Assembly (NCBI RefSeq): GCF_964355755.1
Contig: NC_092670.1
Span: 33,778,388-33,842,387 of the forward strand
Direction of reading: 5' to 3'
DNA length: 64,000 nucleotides
Source: Antedon mediterranea
Taxonomy: Eukaryota > Animalia > Echinodermata
Positions 41,956 through 53,849 of this stretch are shown piece by piece (positions within the stretch are counted from its first letter, which is position 1; each line of letters starts with the position of its first letter). The notes under the pieces were generated by a model. It ran no database searches and was not told where the DNA came from. It saw nothing but the letters and a program-made list of their open reading frames with translations. A program made the position numbers and the translations under genes.

Positions 41956-44900
41956 CATCACCCAGCTACAAGAGCCGTGTCCTGGGTGAGTGTGAGAGTG
42001 AAAATGGCTCAGTGGAGCCCAACGTATCTAATTTAATTGGAACCTGTCCAACTGTAAATATCAAACTATTTGGGAGACAAGTGGAAGCGATACTAGACAC
42101 CGGTTCTCAAGTTACCACATTGTCTGAAGACTACTTCCATGAACATTTCAACCATATCTCATTGGAAAAGCTAAATTGGCTTACAATTCGGGCTGCAAAT
42201 GGGTCATCTATACCCTATGCAGGTTATTTCATATCCGACATCGAGTTGAACGGAGCGGTTATTTCGAACTGTGGTATACTAGTAGTAAAGACGTCAACTA
42301 GGTTTCCAATGTTATTGGGGATGAATGTCATCAAACACTTCACATCTGACATAGAGAAGCAACTTAATTTTACCAAACCACCAATCAATCTGTCGCAAGC
42401 CATTCAAGGCTTATTACGAGTTGATATACCAAAAAGCCTAGTCGTTCCACCTACAAGCGCTATTTACGTTCCAGTAACTGGTCCTATGTGCTCCGAGAGT
42501 GAAGTGCTCATAGAACCAATCGAAAATACTCCGAAAGGACTTGTCACCAGTTGTTCCCTGGCAAGTATAAAGAATGGACGCCTTAATGTACAAGTAGTAA
42601 ATGTAACTGATGAGGTGATATGGCTGAAACCGAGAACACCTGTTGGTAAAGTTCAAACTGTTGTTATGGTCGACGATGGAAGTGTGTGTATGGACAGAAT
42701 CAGCGTGGATAGTAATGATGTATATTCTCTATCTCTGGAAACATCCTGTAAAGAACAAGTTTTTAAACAGCTTTGGAATGGACTAAGCAATGAAGAAGAA
42801 AAATCAGCTAAAGCCTTTCTGTTAAAGCATGCAGATATATTTGCTGAAAATGATGAAGACCTTGGCCATACAGATAAAGTAAAGCACCCCATTCAACTTT
42901 CCGATGAAACTCCAATCAAACAGCCATATCGGCGCATACCACCATCACAATTGGAAGAAGTACGAGAGCATATTAGGAAGTTGCTGAAGAAAAATGTTAT
43001 TCGAGAGAGTACCAGTCCGTTTGCCTCGCCAATTGTTCTTGTTCGTAAACCAGATGGTTCATTAAGATTGTGCGTTGATTATCGCCAGTTAAATAAGAAG
43101 ACAATCAAAGATAGTTATCCCATTCCACGTATTGATGAGTCTTTGGATGCTCTTCATGGCGCTAAATGGTTCACTTCAATTGACTTAATTTCCGGTTATC
43201 ATCAGATAGAAATGGAAGACAAAGACAGAATAAAAACCAGTTTCACTACTCCTTTTGGATTATTTGAATATAACCGTATGCCATTTGGACTGTGCAACGC
43301 TCCTGGCACTTTTCAACGACTTATGCAAGCCTGTCTTCGTGATAAATTTTTCAAATCCGTTTTGTGTTATTTAGATGACATACTGATTTATTCTAGTAGT
43401 TTTGAGGATCATCTAGAACACCTTGATGTTGTTTTCAATCGACTACGAGAATTTGGACTGAAGATAAAACCAAGTAAATGTGACTTATTTTGTCCAAAAG
43501 TTAAATATCTAGGACATATTGTAACCAGAGATGGAGTTGCAGCAGATCCAGAAAAGCTGACTGCAGTAAAAGATTGGCCTGTACCTTCCACTGTGAAAGA
43601 GTTGCGTTCATTTTTAGGTTTTTGTTCGTTTTACCGACGATTTGTACCTGGTTTCTCGCAGATAGCTGGACCTCTACACAACCTAGTTGCAGAGTCTTTG
43701 AAAGAGATTAAGGAGAAGAAATTTGTTAATTTTAAATGGAGGCCCAAACACCAAAGTGCATTTGAGGTGTTGAAGACCAAGCTCTGTTCAGAACCAGTAC
43801 TTGCTTATGCAGATTTTACCTTGCCTTTCGAAGTAGAAATAGATGCATCATTTATTGGGTTGGGAGCGGTGTTGTCACAAGTACAGGATGGGAAAAGACG
43901 TGTAATCGCATATGCAAGCCGAACGTTACGAGGTGCAGAACGAAATATGAAAAAGTATTCTAGTATGAAGCTGGAGATGCTGGGAATGAAGTGGGCAATT
44001 TCAGACAAGTTTCGTGATTATCTTTTAGGAACCAAATTTATTGTGTTTACAGACAATAATCCGTTGGCTCACCTTAACTCTGCCAAGTTAGATGCAGTTA
44101 GTCAGCGATGGATTAGCGAGTTGTCATCTTTTAATTTTGAAGTTCATTACAAGCCGGGGAAAAACAATCAAGCAGCAGACGCTCTATCTCGAAGAGCTCA
44201 CAGAGAAGACCCCGTTATAACTTCCGAAGACTTCCGACAGACAGCTGGAATGACCAGTCTCCCTGAATGTTTAGCTAATCACAATTCCAGTTCTATAAAC
44301 ATCCAAACACATGTACAAGCACTCAAGGCGGTACCCGTATTTCCTGGCTACGACAACCAACAGCTGGCTGAATTTCAACGGAAAGATTCATCCATTGCAA
44401 GACTTTGGCACTACATTAGTCTCAACCGTAAACCTAACCCTGACGAGAGAAGCAATGAAACCGAGGAAGTTCGACTACTTCTACGACAGTTAGATCGTAT
44501 ACAAGTCAGAGATGATCTACTTTACCGAGTGAGTGCTGATGGCGACCAGTGGCAATTCATTCTACCTGACGTATTAAGAGAAGATGTCATGAAAGCCTGT
44601 CATGATCAAACAGGTCACCAAGGAGCAAACCGAACTTTAGGTTTAATACGCAAACGTTGTTTCTGGCCGAAGATGTTTGAGAACATAACTTCATGGTGTG
44701 AACAGTGTGACCGATGTTCAAAGGCTAAAGTTGGTCCTAAAGTCCGGGAACCGTTAAGAAGTATCGTCGCTTCAAAACCAAATGAAGTTGTTGCTGTTGA
44801 CTTTACTTTACTTGAGAAGGACTCTACCGGAAAAGAAAACGTGCTCGTGATCACCGATGTCTTCTCCAAGTACACATTAGCTGTTGCAACCAAAAACCAA

Positions 44901-45659
44901 ACCGCAGAGACAACAGCAAAGATACTGGTAAGGGAATGGTTCACCAAGTTTGGTATTCCTCAAAGACTCTACTCCGACCAGGGACGGAATTTTGAATCTT
45001 CACTTATTCGTTCACTTTGTACAATGTATGGAGTAACCAAGACAAGAACAACACCGTACCATCCTGAGGGAAACGGACAAAAAGAACGATTCAACAGAAC
45101 TCTGCATGATCTATTGAAATCACTACCAAGCAATCAGAAACGAAGATGGTCCGAACATTTGCCTGAAGTACTTTATGCCTACAATGTAGCTGAACATTCA
45201 TCAACTGGCTTTTCTCCATTCTTCTTGATGTTTGGAAGACAACCTAAACTACCTATCGATTTTCTGTTAAATAACCACACAGAACAAATAGTAGCGGTAC
45301 CTGAAGAGATAAATGATTGGTTAGCCTCGAGTATGGAAACCATGAAGATGACGTATGAGAAAGCAGGGGAGCGTCTCAAACAGGAAGCAGAGAACCGGAA
45401 GAAGATCTACGACCAGAAAGCTAAAGAGAAACCGTTGGCAACGGGTACAAAAGTCTTTACCAAGTCGCATCCACTAGGGAGACACAAGATTGCTGATGAA
45501 TGGGACCCAGCAATTTTTGAAATTATATCCAGACCTGGAGGTAACACTTCTTACACTGTTAAACGTGCAGATGGTACTGGTGGAGAGAGAACTGTTCATC
45601 GTCGCGAAATAAAACCATGTCCTTTGGTGTACCAACAACCAGAGCAAGAAAATCAATAA
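41928..45659 (+). CDS. pol: Pol polyprotein (protease, RT, RNase H, integrase), -1 frame to gag
   Basis: LDTGS, RMPFGL..APGTFQR, YLDD, DAS..GLGAVL, H-H-C-C and D,D,E integrase in Gypsy order. Confidence 0.96.
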   Translation: MCSIEFGKLTSPSYKSRVLGECESENGSVEPNVSNLIGTCPTVNIKLFGRQVEAILDTGSQVTTLSEDYFHEHFNHISLEKLNWLTIRAANGSSIPYAGYFISDIELNGAVISNCGILVVKTSTRFPMLLGMNVIKHFTSDIEKQLNFTKPPINLSQAIQGLLRVDIPKSLVVPPTSAIYVPVTGPMCSESEVLIEPIENTPKGLVTSCSLASIKNGRLNVQVVNVTDEVIWLKPRTPVGKVQTVVMVDDGSVCMDRISVDSNDVYSLSLETSCKEQVFKQLWNGLSNEEEKSAKAFLLKHADIFAENDEDLGHTDKVKHPIQLSDETPIKQPYRRIPPSQLEEVREHIRKLLKKNVIRESTSPFASPIVLVRKPDGSLRLCVDYRQLNKKTIKDSYPIPRIDESLDALHGAKWFTSIDLISGYHQIEMEDKDRIKTSFTTPFGLFEYNRMPFGLCNAPGTFQRLMQACLRDKFFKSVLCYLDDILIYSSSFEDHLEHLDVVFNRLREFGLKIKPSKCDLFCPKVKYLGHIVTRDGVAADPEKLTAVKDWPVPSTVKELRSFLGFCSFYRRFVPGFSQIAGPLHNLVAESLKEIKEKKFVNFKWRPKHQSAFEVLKTKLCSEPVLAYADFTLPFEVEIDASFIGLGAVLSQVQDGKRRVIAYASRTLRGAERNMKKYSSMKLEMLGMKWAISDKFRDYLLGTKFIVFTDNNPLAHLNSAKLDAVSQRWISELSSFNFEVHYKPGKNNQAADALSRRAHREDPVITSEDFRQTAGMTSLPECLANHNSSSINIQTHVQALKAVPVFPGYDNQQLAEFQRKDSSIARLWHYISLNRKPNPDERSNETEEVRLLLRQLDRIQVRDDLLYRVSADGDQWQFILPDVLREDVMKACHDQTGHQGANRTLGLIRKRCFWPKMFENITSWCEQCDRCSKAKVGPKVREPLRSIVASKPNEVVAVDFTLLEKDSTGKENVLVITDVFSKYTLAVATKNQTAETTAKILVREWFTKFGIPQRLYSDQGRNFESSLIRSLCTMYGVTKTRTTPYHPEGNGQKERFNRTLHDLLKSLPSNQKRRWSEHLPEVLYAYNVAEHSSTGFSPFFLMFGRQPKLPIDFLLNNHTEQIVAVPEEINDWLASSMETMKMTYEKAGERLKQEAENRKKIYDQKAKEKPLATGTKVFTKSHPLGRHKIADEWDPAIFEIISRPGGNTSYTVKRADGTGGERTVHRREIKPCPLVYQQPEQENQ

Positions 45660-45935
45660 CCAATGTCCTATGTGTTCGGTAACTCACAGTCCGATTCTGA
45701 TGGCGTTAGTTCAGACGATACACCTCGACGCAGCATCCGACTAAGGAAGAAGTTTAATCAAAGATGTCAATCAGTACATGGATCCAATGATATGCTCAAC
45801 CAACGTCTAGTTAATATTAATGATATTTTGATAAGTGTGCGTACCAAATGTAAAATGTTTCTGCATATTTAGTGTAATCTTACATTTTATTTCATAATAT
45901 TAAGTTTGAGGACAAACTCGGCTTAAACAGGGGAG

Positions 45936-47032
45936 TGTGGGGATTAATCTAATCATGTGATAATTAAATACTGCCCCCTATAGGTGTTACTGCCCCCTAT
46001 AATTGTAACAGTCTTTTTCAAATGATTTGCTTTCTTTTGTATTCATGAACCGGTCAAGGAAGCAGATAGTTTTGTCTCTTACTTAATTAAAGATCTGATT
46101 AAAAGGTAATTACTCTACTTTTTACATATATTACTTTGTTATACATTTATAAGATTCTGTTATGTTTAAGAAACATTAATGTTGTATTTTAAGATGATTG
46201 CATTCATAGGCCTAGACATTTGTTTTGGGTTAACCTTGACTCATGGAATGTGCAGTTAGGAAGCCTATTGAATAGTATTGTGTTACAATCTTTGAACTAG
46301 GATTTTATGCCATATAATGTTATAATATATACTTTTGTGATAAACCTTCTTTGTATTAACAAAATATGTTTAGATAGATTTAGTAATGTTTAGTTTATAG
46401 AAGATAGTTTCTAGTTAACAGTTTGTATAAAATAGTTCATCCTACAGTTCACACTTGATTAATTTGTACACACGAGGCTACCATGCTCGTGATAGATCGT
46501 CATGTAGTGCGCCCTCTATTTATCATACAAAATGGCTGCGCCCATGGATTTGTTATTGTTTATATATTTTACACAAACCTAAGATTATAACTCCTTGATT
46601 CAATGAATAGACTAAGTTTAGTATTCAAATAGTGTGAGTAAATTCCAACATGCATTTATTCTAGTAATATAATAGTAATATTCAGGCACTTATGATGCAA
46701 TTGTGTAGGTAATTAATTAGGTATTTGTATACTCTAACAAAGTATACAGAGGCTGTTTAGGTAGACGTGCCGTTTGACGTAATAGTCGCAGTCCTCAGAG
46801 AGAATCCTTTTTATTAGAGTCGCCTGTTAAGTGAGGTCGTTACTAAGAATTGGCTTGTATTTTAGAATATTATTTACTTTTGTTTCTCATTGTATTTATT
46901 TTGTGGTTTTCAGGACCATACTGATCTCTATTGTTATGCTAAAAACAAATTAAAACCAAATACACCACCGGACCGTGGTAAAAGTGAGAAAAGGCGTGTT
47001 TTTCCTTTTGTGTTGTCGTCCACATCCTTACA
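45936..47032 (+). repeat. 3' LTR (1097 bp)
   Basis: Differs from the 5' LTR by 19-, 3- and 1-bp indels; no substitutions noticed by eye. Confidence 0.95.
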
Positions 47033-47802
47033 TGTATATATATATATATCGTTTCAAATTAATTAATTAAATTTCAGTGTATCACCGGGCAGTTTCAAAT
47101 TAATGTTCATTGCCTAATGTGTTTATATATATAAAAGTATTTCTTTGGAGATCCCGCCTCGTGAATAAAAATACTGAAAGATGAGGGCGTATCAATTTGA
47201 TCTCTGGTGCGCGTGCGTACAACTGAGAACTAGTGCTGTTCCGCCGTACCACGCCGAGAATGTTAAAGAGTCGCTATCCAATCGAGTTTGAACAATACCA
47301 TGAAAGCCCCAGTGGTCTAATGGTTAGGACATCTGCATATCAAGCAGGCGGCTACTGTATTTGAATATCAATTTCAAGGAATTATACTTTCTGTTATTTT
47401 CAGTTACCGTACCACACACACATCTATATATTCAATTATACATATACATATTAGTAAAGTATACACTTGAAGGTTCTTATAAAAGTAAACATGCATATAA
47501 AAACAAATAAACGAATCACATATGTATACATATTTATAAATAAAGTGAGAAAAAAACAAACTAACAAAAAATGGAAAAAAAAATCAACTAATAATAGCCT
47601 ATCAAATGGTATTTCTCTTATAGGTAAAAAAATAATCATATTTAAAAAACATGTGCTTAAACTAGATATGCAGATAAAAGATACTCTTTGAATTTAATGT
47701 TAAAGAATATAAAGAATTACAATTGCGAATATCTTGGTTAAATGTTATTCCATATTTTCGGACCCTGTCCTCTGATAGAAGACCTAGCAAGGTAAGTAAC
47801 AA

Positions 47803-48668
47803 ACAAGGCCAACAGCCATTAAGTCGCGTGCTACAATGCATAGTGATACCGGACCGACAGACAGACCGACAGACAGACAGACAGACCGACAGACCGACAG
47901 ACCGACAGACAGACAGACCGACCGACCGACATAGTGAACTATACTGACCGAAATTACTGAACATGTTTAAAAATGTTGAAATGTTTAAAAACGTTTATAT
48001 TTTTTTAATTTACACATTTACACATTTACACTTTCGACGTGCTCGTATAACGTAATTTCGAGTTGAAAAGTAAGTAAAGAAAACAGAAATCGGGCAAAAA
48101 GAGTGCGCAAACAACATTTAACGCGCAGTGCGCGCGCAAAAATATGCGCACTCATGGCAATTTTGTAAACGCTTAAAATTGCCTGAAATGTACTCTTATT
48201 TCATCGAAAATAAATTTTTGAAAATGTTAAGCGCGCGTACGCATGCGTTACATGCGCTACGCTCGTAATTGTATTGCCATATGATGATTTAAGCCCTGAA
48301 ATTTATGAGTACCAAATTGTATTTAATTGTGATTCATGGTTGTGAAGTTATGATTACAAACGTGATTTCGTTAAATCGTGCGTAGACTGCGTAATTTGTT
48401 ATTGCGCACCGTGAAAACATAACCACATTGATTCCTGGCCATAAGGAATATACTGTGAAAAATTTACCTAGCTAGATTAAACTGATATCAAGATAAGGTC
48501 AGAAAGCGATAAAACGCATAGTGATACCGGACCGACAGACAGACCGACAGACAGACAGACAGACAGACCGACAGACAGACCGACAGACAGACCGACAGAC
48601 AGACAGACAGACAGACCGACCAACCGACCGACATAGTGAACTATAGAGTCGCTTCCACGCGACTAAAA
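47803..48668 (-). mobile_element. Helentron/DINE-1 (pearl-like) non-autonomous element
   Basis: Minus strand begins TTTTAGTCGCGTGGAAGCGACT (hairpin), has (GTCT/GTCG)n blocks, subterminal inverted repeat CACGCGACT, ends GGCTGTTGGCCTTGTT; T-rich target, no TSD. Confidence 0.7.
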
Positions 48669-51600
48669 AGTGAGTTTTATACAAATTAGATGATCTATTT
48701 TCATATGAACGAAAACAATATGATTTAATAAAATAATTTGAAAATATGTCAAGAAGTAAGTTATTGTGGAATTTATACATGAAAATTGCAATTTGAAGTT
48801 TGTGGATATCAAAAACTTTAAGACTGTTTAATTTATGGAATAAAGGAAATGAAGGAGCTAGATAATCCGAGTGTGTACAAAGACGCATACTTTTGTTTGG
48901 ATGTGAAGTGAATGCAGGTGGGAGTTATTAAAATCAGCCCATATAATATAGGAAAATTGAATATGTGGTAAAACAAGATTTTGATAAAGCATAAATAGGG
49001 TTTCAGTTATTAGTGTCAATTTTAGTTCGAAAAGGATACCGGTATATTTTGAAACAAGATTGGTGACATACATGTTATTGTCAATAATTATCAACATTAA
49101 GATAAGTGCGGTTATAATGTTTATTTTTAAATAGCATGTATGTGGTTTTATCCAAGTTGAGAGACAGAATAGCCAGGTTGATACCTTTGTCATTTCAAAA
49201 TTTACTGTGCGAATGAGATGTGTAATGTTAGAGTGTGATGCTAATAAATGTGTATCATCAGCGTAAATGATAAATGAAAAGAAGTTACTAGAATGTATAA
49301 TATCATTTAAATATAAAATAAACAAGGGACCCAGAATCGACCCTTGAGGCACACCTAATGCAATTATTCCGATTTCACGATTTCTGACCATTGTAAATAA
49401 CAAATTGTGTTCTGTTTGTAATATAATTCCTCAACCACTCAAAAGCAATCCCACGAACCCCGGAATTTTTAAGTTTTAGTAAAAGTATTTCGTGGTCTAT
49501 CGTGTCGAAAGCCTTCGAGAGGTCCAGGTAAATTCCTAGAGTATGGCATTTTTTGTCTAACTCAGTCACAATTTTATTATAGGCTTCAAGAATCGCCATG
49601 TATGAGGAATGTTTAGATCTAAAACCAAATTTGGGAATTGTGTAATAAATTAAAACAAGAAATAAAATTATATAGTCTTGTGTGGACAATTTTTTCTAAT
49701 AGTTTTGAAAAGACGGGAAGAACTAAAATTGGTCTGTATTTACACGAGAGATTTTGATCACCCTTTTTGCAAATTGGGACAACTTTAGCGGTTTATTGGG
49801 TTTGGAGGGACAGAAAATTGGACTCAATTTGTCCCATAAACAAATATGCAAAAGAGGACGCCATTTTTGTGCCCATCGCTGTTCCATGAATTTAAAGGTA
49901 ATGGTCATTTCCAAAAAAACAAAAATTAAATTGTTGTTGGTTAAAATCAACATGACCAGTTCTCGTAAATAAGCTTTAGTAGGCGTTTTACCTGGAATCT
50001 GTTTGTAAATTAAAATTCTTGAGGGATATTAGTATACAACGATGAAACATTTAATGTAGCCAGAACAGAATTATTAAGTAAATTTTGAATTTGGTTAAAT
50101 TTGTGGATACAGTCCGTGTAGTCCTGAATGTAAAGAGAGATCAGACACATCATGGTCTAAGTAAATCATCCACATATTCAGAAATTTTCTCTTTAGCAGT
50201 GCCATGGCCCGAAATAATGGGTCTACCAGGATTGCCTGCTTTATGGATTTTAGGTAGGAAAGAAAATCTGCCTTCAACATGATTAACCTGTGCAAAATGA
50301 GGTCCAATCTTAGGAACGATGGAGTGTTCGTTGTAAGTTTACGATAATGAAGAGGATTGTTTAGCTTGTCTTCATAAAATTTGATGTCCATAGCAACAGT
50401 GACAGAACCTTTATCAGCGGGTCTAATGGTGATATCATTACGCTGATGCAATTTGGCAATGGCCTGCCTCTCTTGTTTTGAGAGATTGTCACGTTTCTGG
50501 ATTCGGGACGTAGTTTTGTACATCCTCCTCAATAGCCTGAATAAATGCAGGAAGTTCTCTGTTCAACTTCATAGTTCTAGAGTGAATATCAACTTAAAAC
50601 TCAGTGAGGATGTTGCGGCAATTGCCAATTTGGATCTCATAGAGTGAAGCATTTTTGTGAAGGAAAGCGTTCCAACGGGAACGCATGCCATCATCTGCAA
50701 ATCGAATACCAGATGTGACATAAAATTGAAGTTCTTTAGGGGCCGAATGTTTCTGTGTGCTATGTAATGAAAAGGCTTGATAAGCAATGACATCTCTCTT
50801 TGTAGCCACAAAGCCGATTTTCCACTTGCGTGAATTGAAAGCACCAGCTTATACGCATGTGTAATCAAGTGTCCATCTTCAAAATCCCTCTTTACGCCTT
50901 CGATTCGCCCGAACAAATTCGCCTAGTGAAAAATCGGCTCAACAACAAATACAATGCTTTATCTGACAACTAGTCTGTTAAAGGTGACCTACATTTATTT
51001 TGTTTAAACCTCATTCAGAAACACACACAAAAACTCACATAGTCCATGCTTTTTGTTGGTCTTCGAACAGGTCTCTTTACTTTCTTTCTTTCTTTTTTTT
51101 ATCCTACATCTCCATTTTTCCAAATAAAAGATGGTTAAATCCAACAATTCCATCGAAAGGAGTGGCGGCGAATGAATTTGCCAGTTATCAAATTGTACGC
51201 AAATAGATTATGAAATTTTAATTTGTACTCTATAGTACCAGGGGAGATGGGGATTAGGGACGGAGTAATTCAATTCAATATTTTATTTCGAAAATTAAAA
51301 AGTACGAATACATTTTTATGAAAATAAACTGACTAACAAGTTATTAATACGACGCGCTCTCATCTCAAGATGGCACTTGTTATTGAATACATGAGAAAAA
51401 AAAATCTGTTGACTTATGTGAACAAATGTTTTCCTTACGTTCATACCAGGGTGTCACGAAACCTAAGACCACGAAAGCTAAGACCCCCCTAAGACCTAAG
51501 ATCACGAAAGCTAAGACCCAAGACCTAAGATTACAAATATTTATCTTTCGCACCTGCCTTGTATTTTAACTCCCAATTTTTATTCTGAATACCACACCTT

Positions 51601-53849
51601 AGAATTGGCACTTTAATGAAAAAGAATCACATAAAAAGTAGCAAATACAATTTTAAATTGATGATTTTACAGACGTTTTTCTCGCACACAAACTGTTTGC
51701 GAATTTCGCATGACTAGCCTACAGTACAGTAGGCCTACCCCATGTTCAATGTTTTTGTTTCTATGGAACGTCAAAAGAGCAAAAATTATATAGAGGGCTG
51801 AAAACTCTGTGGAGTCCATCTACAGTGTGGATGGAACAATGTAAAATTAAAATTGTAATGATAATAGTATAATCATGCAAGTACAAAAAAATAAATACTG
51901 GCAAATAAATTTTAATTAAAAAATCATGATAATAAGTTTTTTTGTTTCGTTTTCTTTCTGTTTTTATACTTGTACTATTATTGTTGCTCTTTTGGCGCAT
52001 CATAGAAACAAAAACATTGAGCATGAGGGGGGGGAGCTCGAGGAGTTACAGGTAGAGATATTATAGTTCACTATAATATCTCTGAACTATAATATCTCTA
52101 TGAGTATACAAAGAAACATGTCTGTAAATTCATCAATTTAAAATATTTATTTATTTGTTTTTATGTGTTTCTCCTTCTGAAAGTACTTATAAATCCTAAT
52201 TTTAAAGTGTTGTATTCAGGATAAAGTTAGTCAACAAATTTGGAGTCAAAATACAGGAAAGGCAGGTGCGTAAGAAAAACGTCCTCTGAACCAACACAAT
52301 GGAGTAAATATATACTAACAAACAACCCGTCAAGTTTGTTTGTTGTAAAGAAAAAAATATACATTTACTCAACGGGCGAAAATTATGTGAGTTTATCTAT
52401 GTTTTGCGGTAGTATTTAATTATATTTATGGTAATAAATGACACCTACTGTGTTTAAAATTATGTATGGATAAACAAGTATTGTTTTTAAGCTGTAGTAT
52501 ATCTTAGAATTTGTAAATTGTAGTCTTGGGTCTTAGCTTTCGTGATCTTAGGTCTTAGGGGGTCTTAGCTTTCGTGGTCTTAGGTTTTGTGACACCCGTT
52601 CATACCACCATCAAATCAAATCAAACCAGTGATTCACTTGCCAAATCAATAATGTATAGTCGTCAATGTGTGAAAGGACCATAACATGCCAGGACTCCTG
52701 AAATGATTTTTATTTACAATGCATTTTAAAGATGTATAAAAATCTAAATCTAAAAATAAAAGACAATCCAGTCTTAGGAATAAGTGAGTAATCTTTACTG
52801 ACGTATTCATGAATTGACGGAAGTGGTGCCATATTTGTGTTTCAGATATGTAGATGACACTGAAATTCTATGCGGAACAACAAGAGATAAAAACAAAAAC
52901 ATATTGTAAACTAAATTTTTTTTTTGATAAAGATAGATAAGATATAAAGCTAATAAATCACGCCATGAACATCGTGTGTTTCTTACTAAGTAGCCGCGAA
53001 ACACACGTTATCAAACTATTACGCAGTGGCATACAAACTTACTTTGTATCAGTGTATATAGAGTGATTTCTTAAATATGTATTGTCCCTCACAAACAAAA
53101 AAAAGATTAATAAAATCAGATTTTAAATAGGCCATTTTGCAGTTTTCATAAAGTTATTGCCTTCTGTAAAATAAAAACCTCTAAAAATGAATAATTATTT
53201 CAACTATAGGCCTAAAAATGTAAGTATTTTTGTATTTAAATTACATTGTTCATGTATATAATTATTATTATTATTATTATTATCAAGTTTTTGGTCAAAG
53301 TGAATAACTATATATGTGACATTTAAATGGAATATTCAACAAAACATTTGAAAAAATAAATTTATGGGGACAATATATCTTTAATGCATGCTGTTACAAG
53401 GGACAGGTTTAAGCTTACCTTTTGTATAGAAATATTTTATCAAATTTTAAACTCGCCGGCCAAGAGAAAATGATGACTTTGGGCATCCACAAGAAGATGA
53501 CACGTGGTTTTTTTTTCAGATTTTCTTTCCCGTCATTAACTAGACAAAATGAACCGAACAAATCTACAAACAATCCGAATGGCTCTAATGTAACAAGTAT
53601 ACCCTTTTAGATAATACACAACTGTATTTTTTTTTTTTTCTGATTGACATAATTATTGATATATTATTTCCATTTTATTGTAAAACATTTGAACTTATTT
53701 TATCACATCCTTTCTGTATTGTATAAAAATTATCTTATCGGGCCTCTAAATGTGATAACTTAAGTCCTTTCCCTTCGCCAACAATATAAATTCACCATTC
53801 ATTCAACTAAAATTCACTTCAATTCACCAGTTACTTATCGACACTAAAA

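Larger units (their letters stand above)
39900..47032 (+). mobile_element. Full-length Ty3/Gypsy LTR retrotransposon
   Basis: TG..CA LTRs, 4-bp TSD TGTA (39896-39899, 47033-47036), PBS, purine tract 45925-45935, gag and pol; inserted in a (TA)n tract that is empty at ~5815 and ~20893. Confidence 0.97.

Noticed and set aside
47662-47964. ORFs with repetitive CRSV/TDRQ peptides
   Set aside because: Translations of the tetranucleotide microsatellite in the Helentron-like element.
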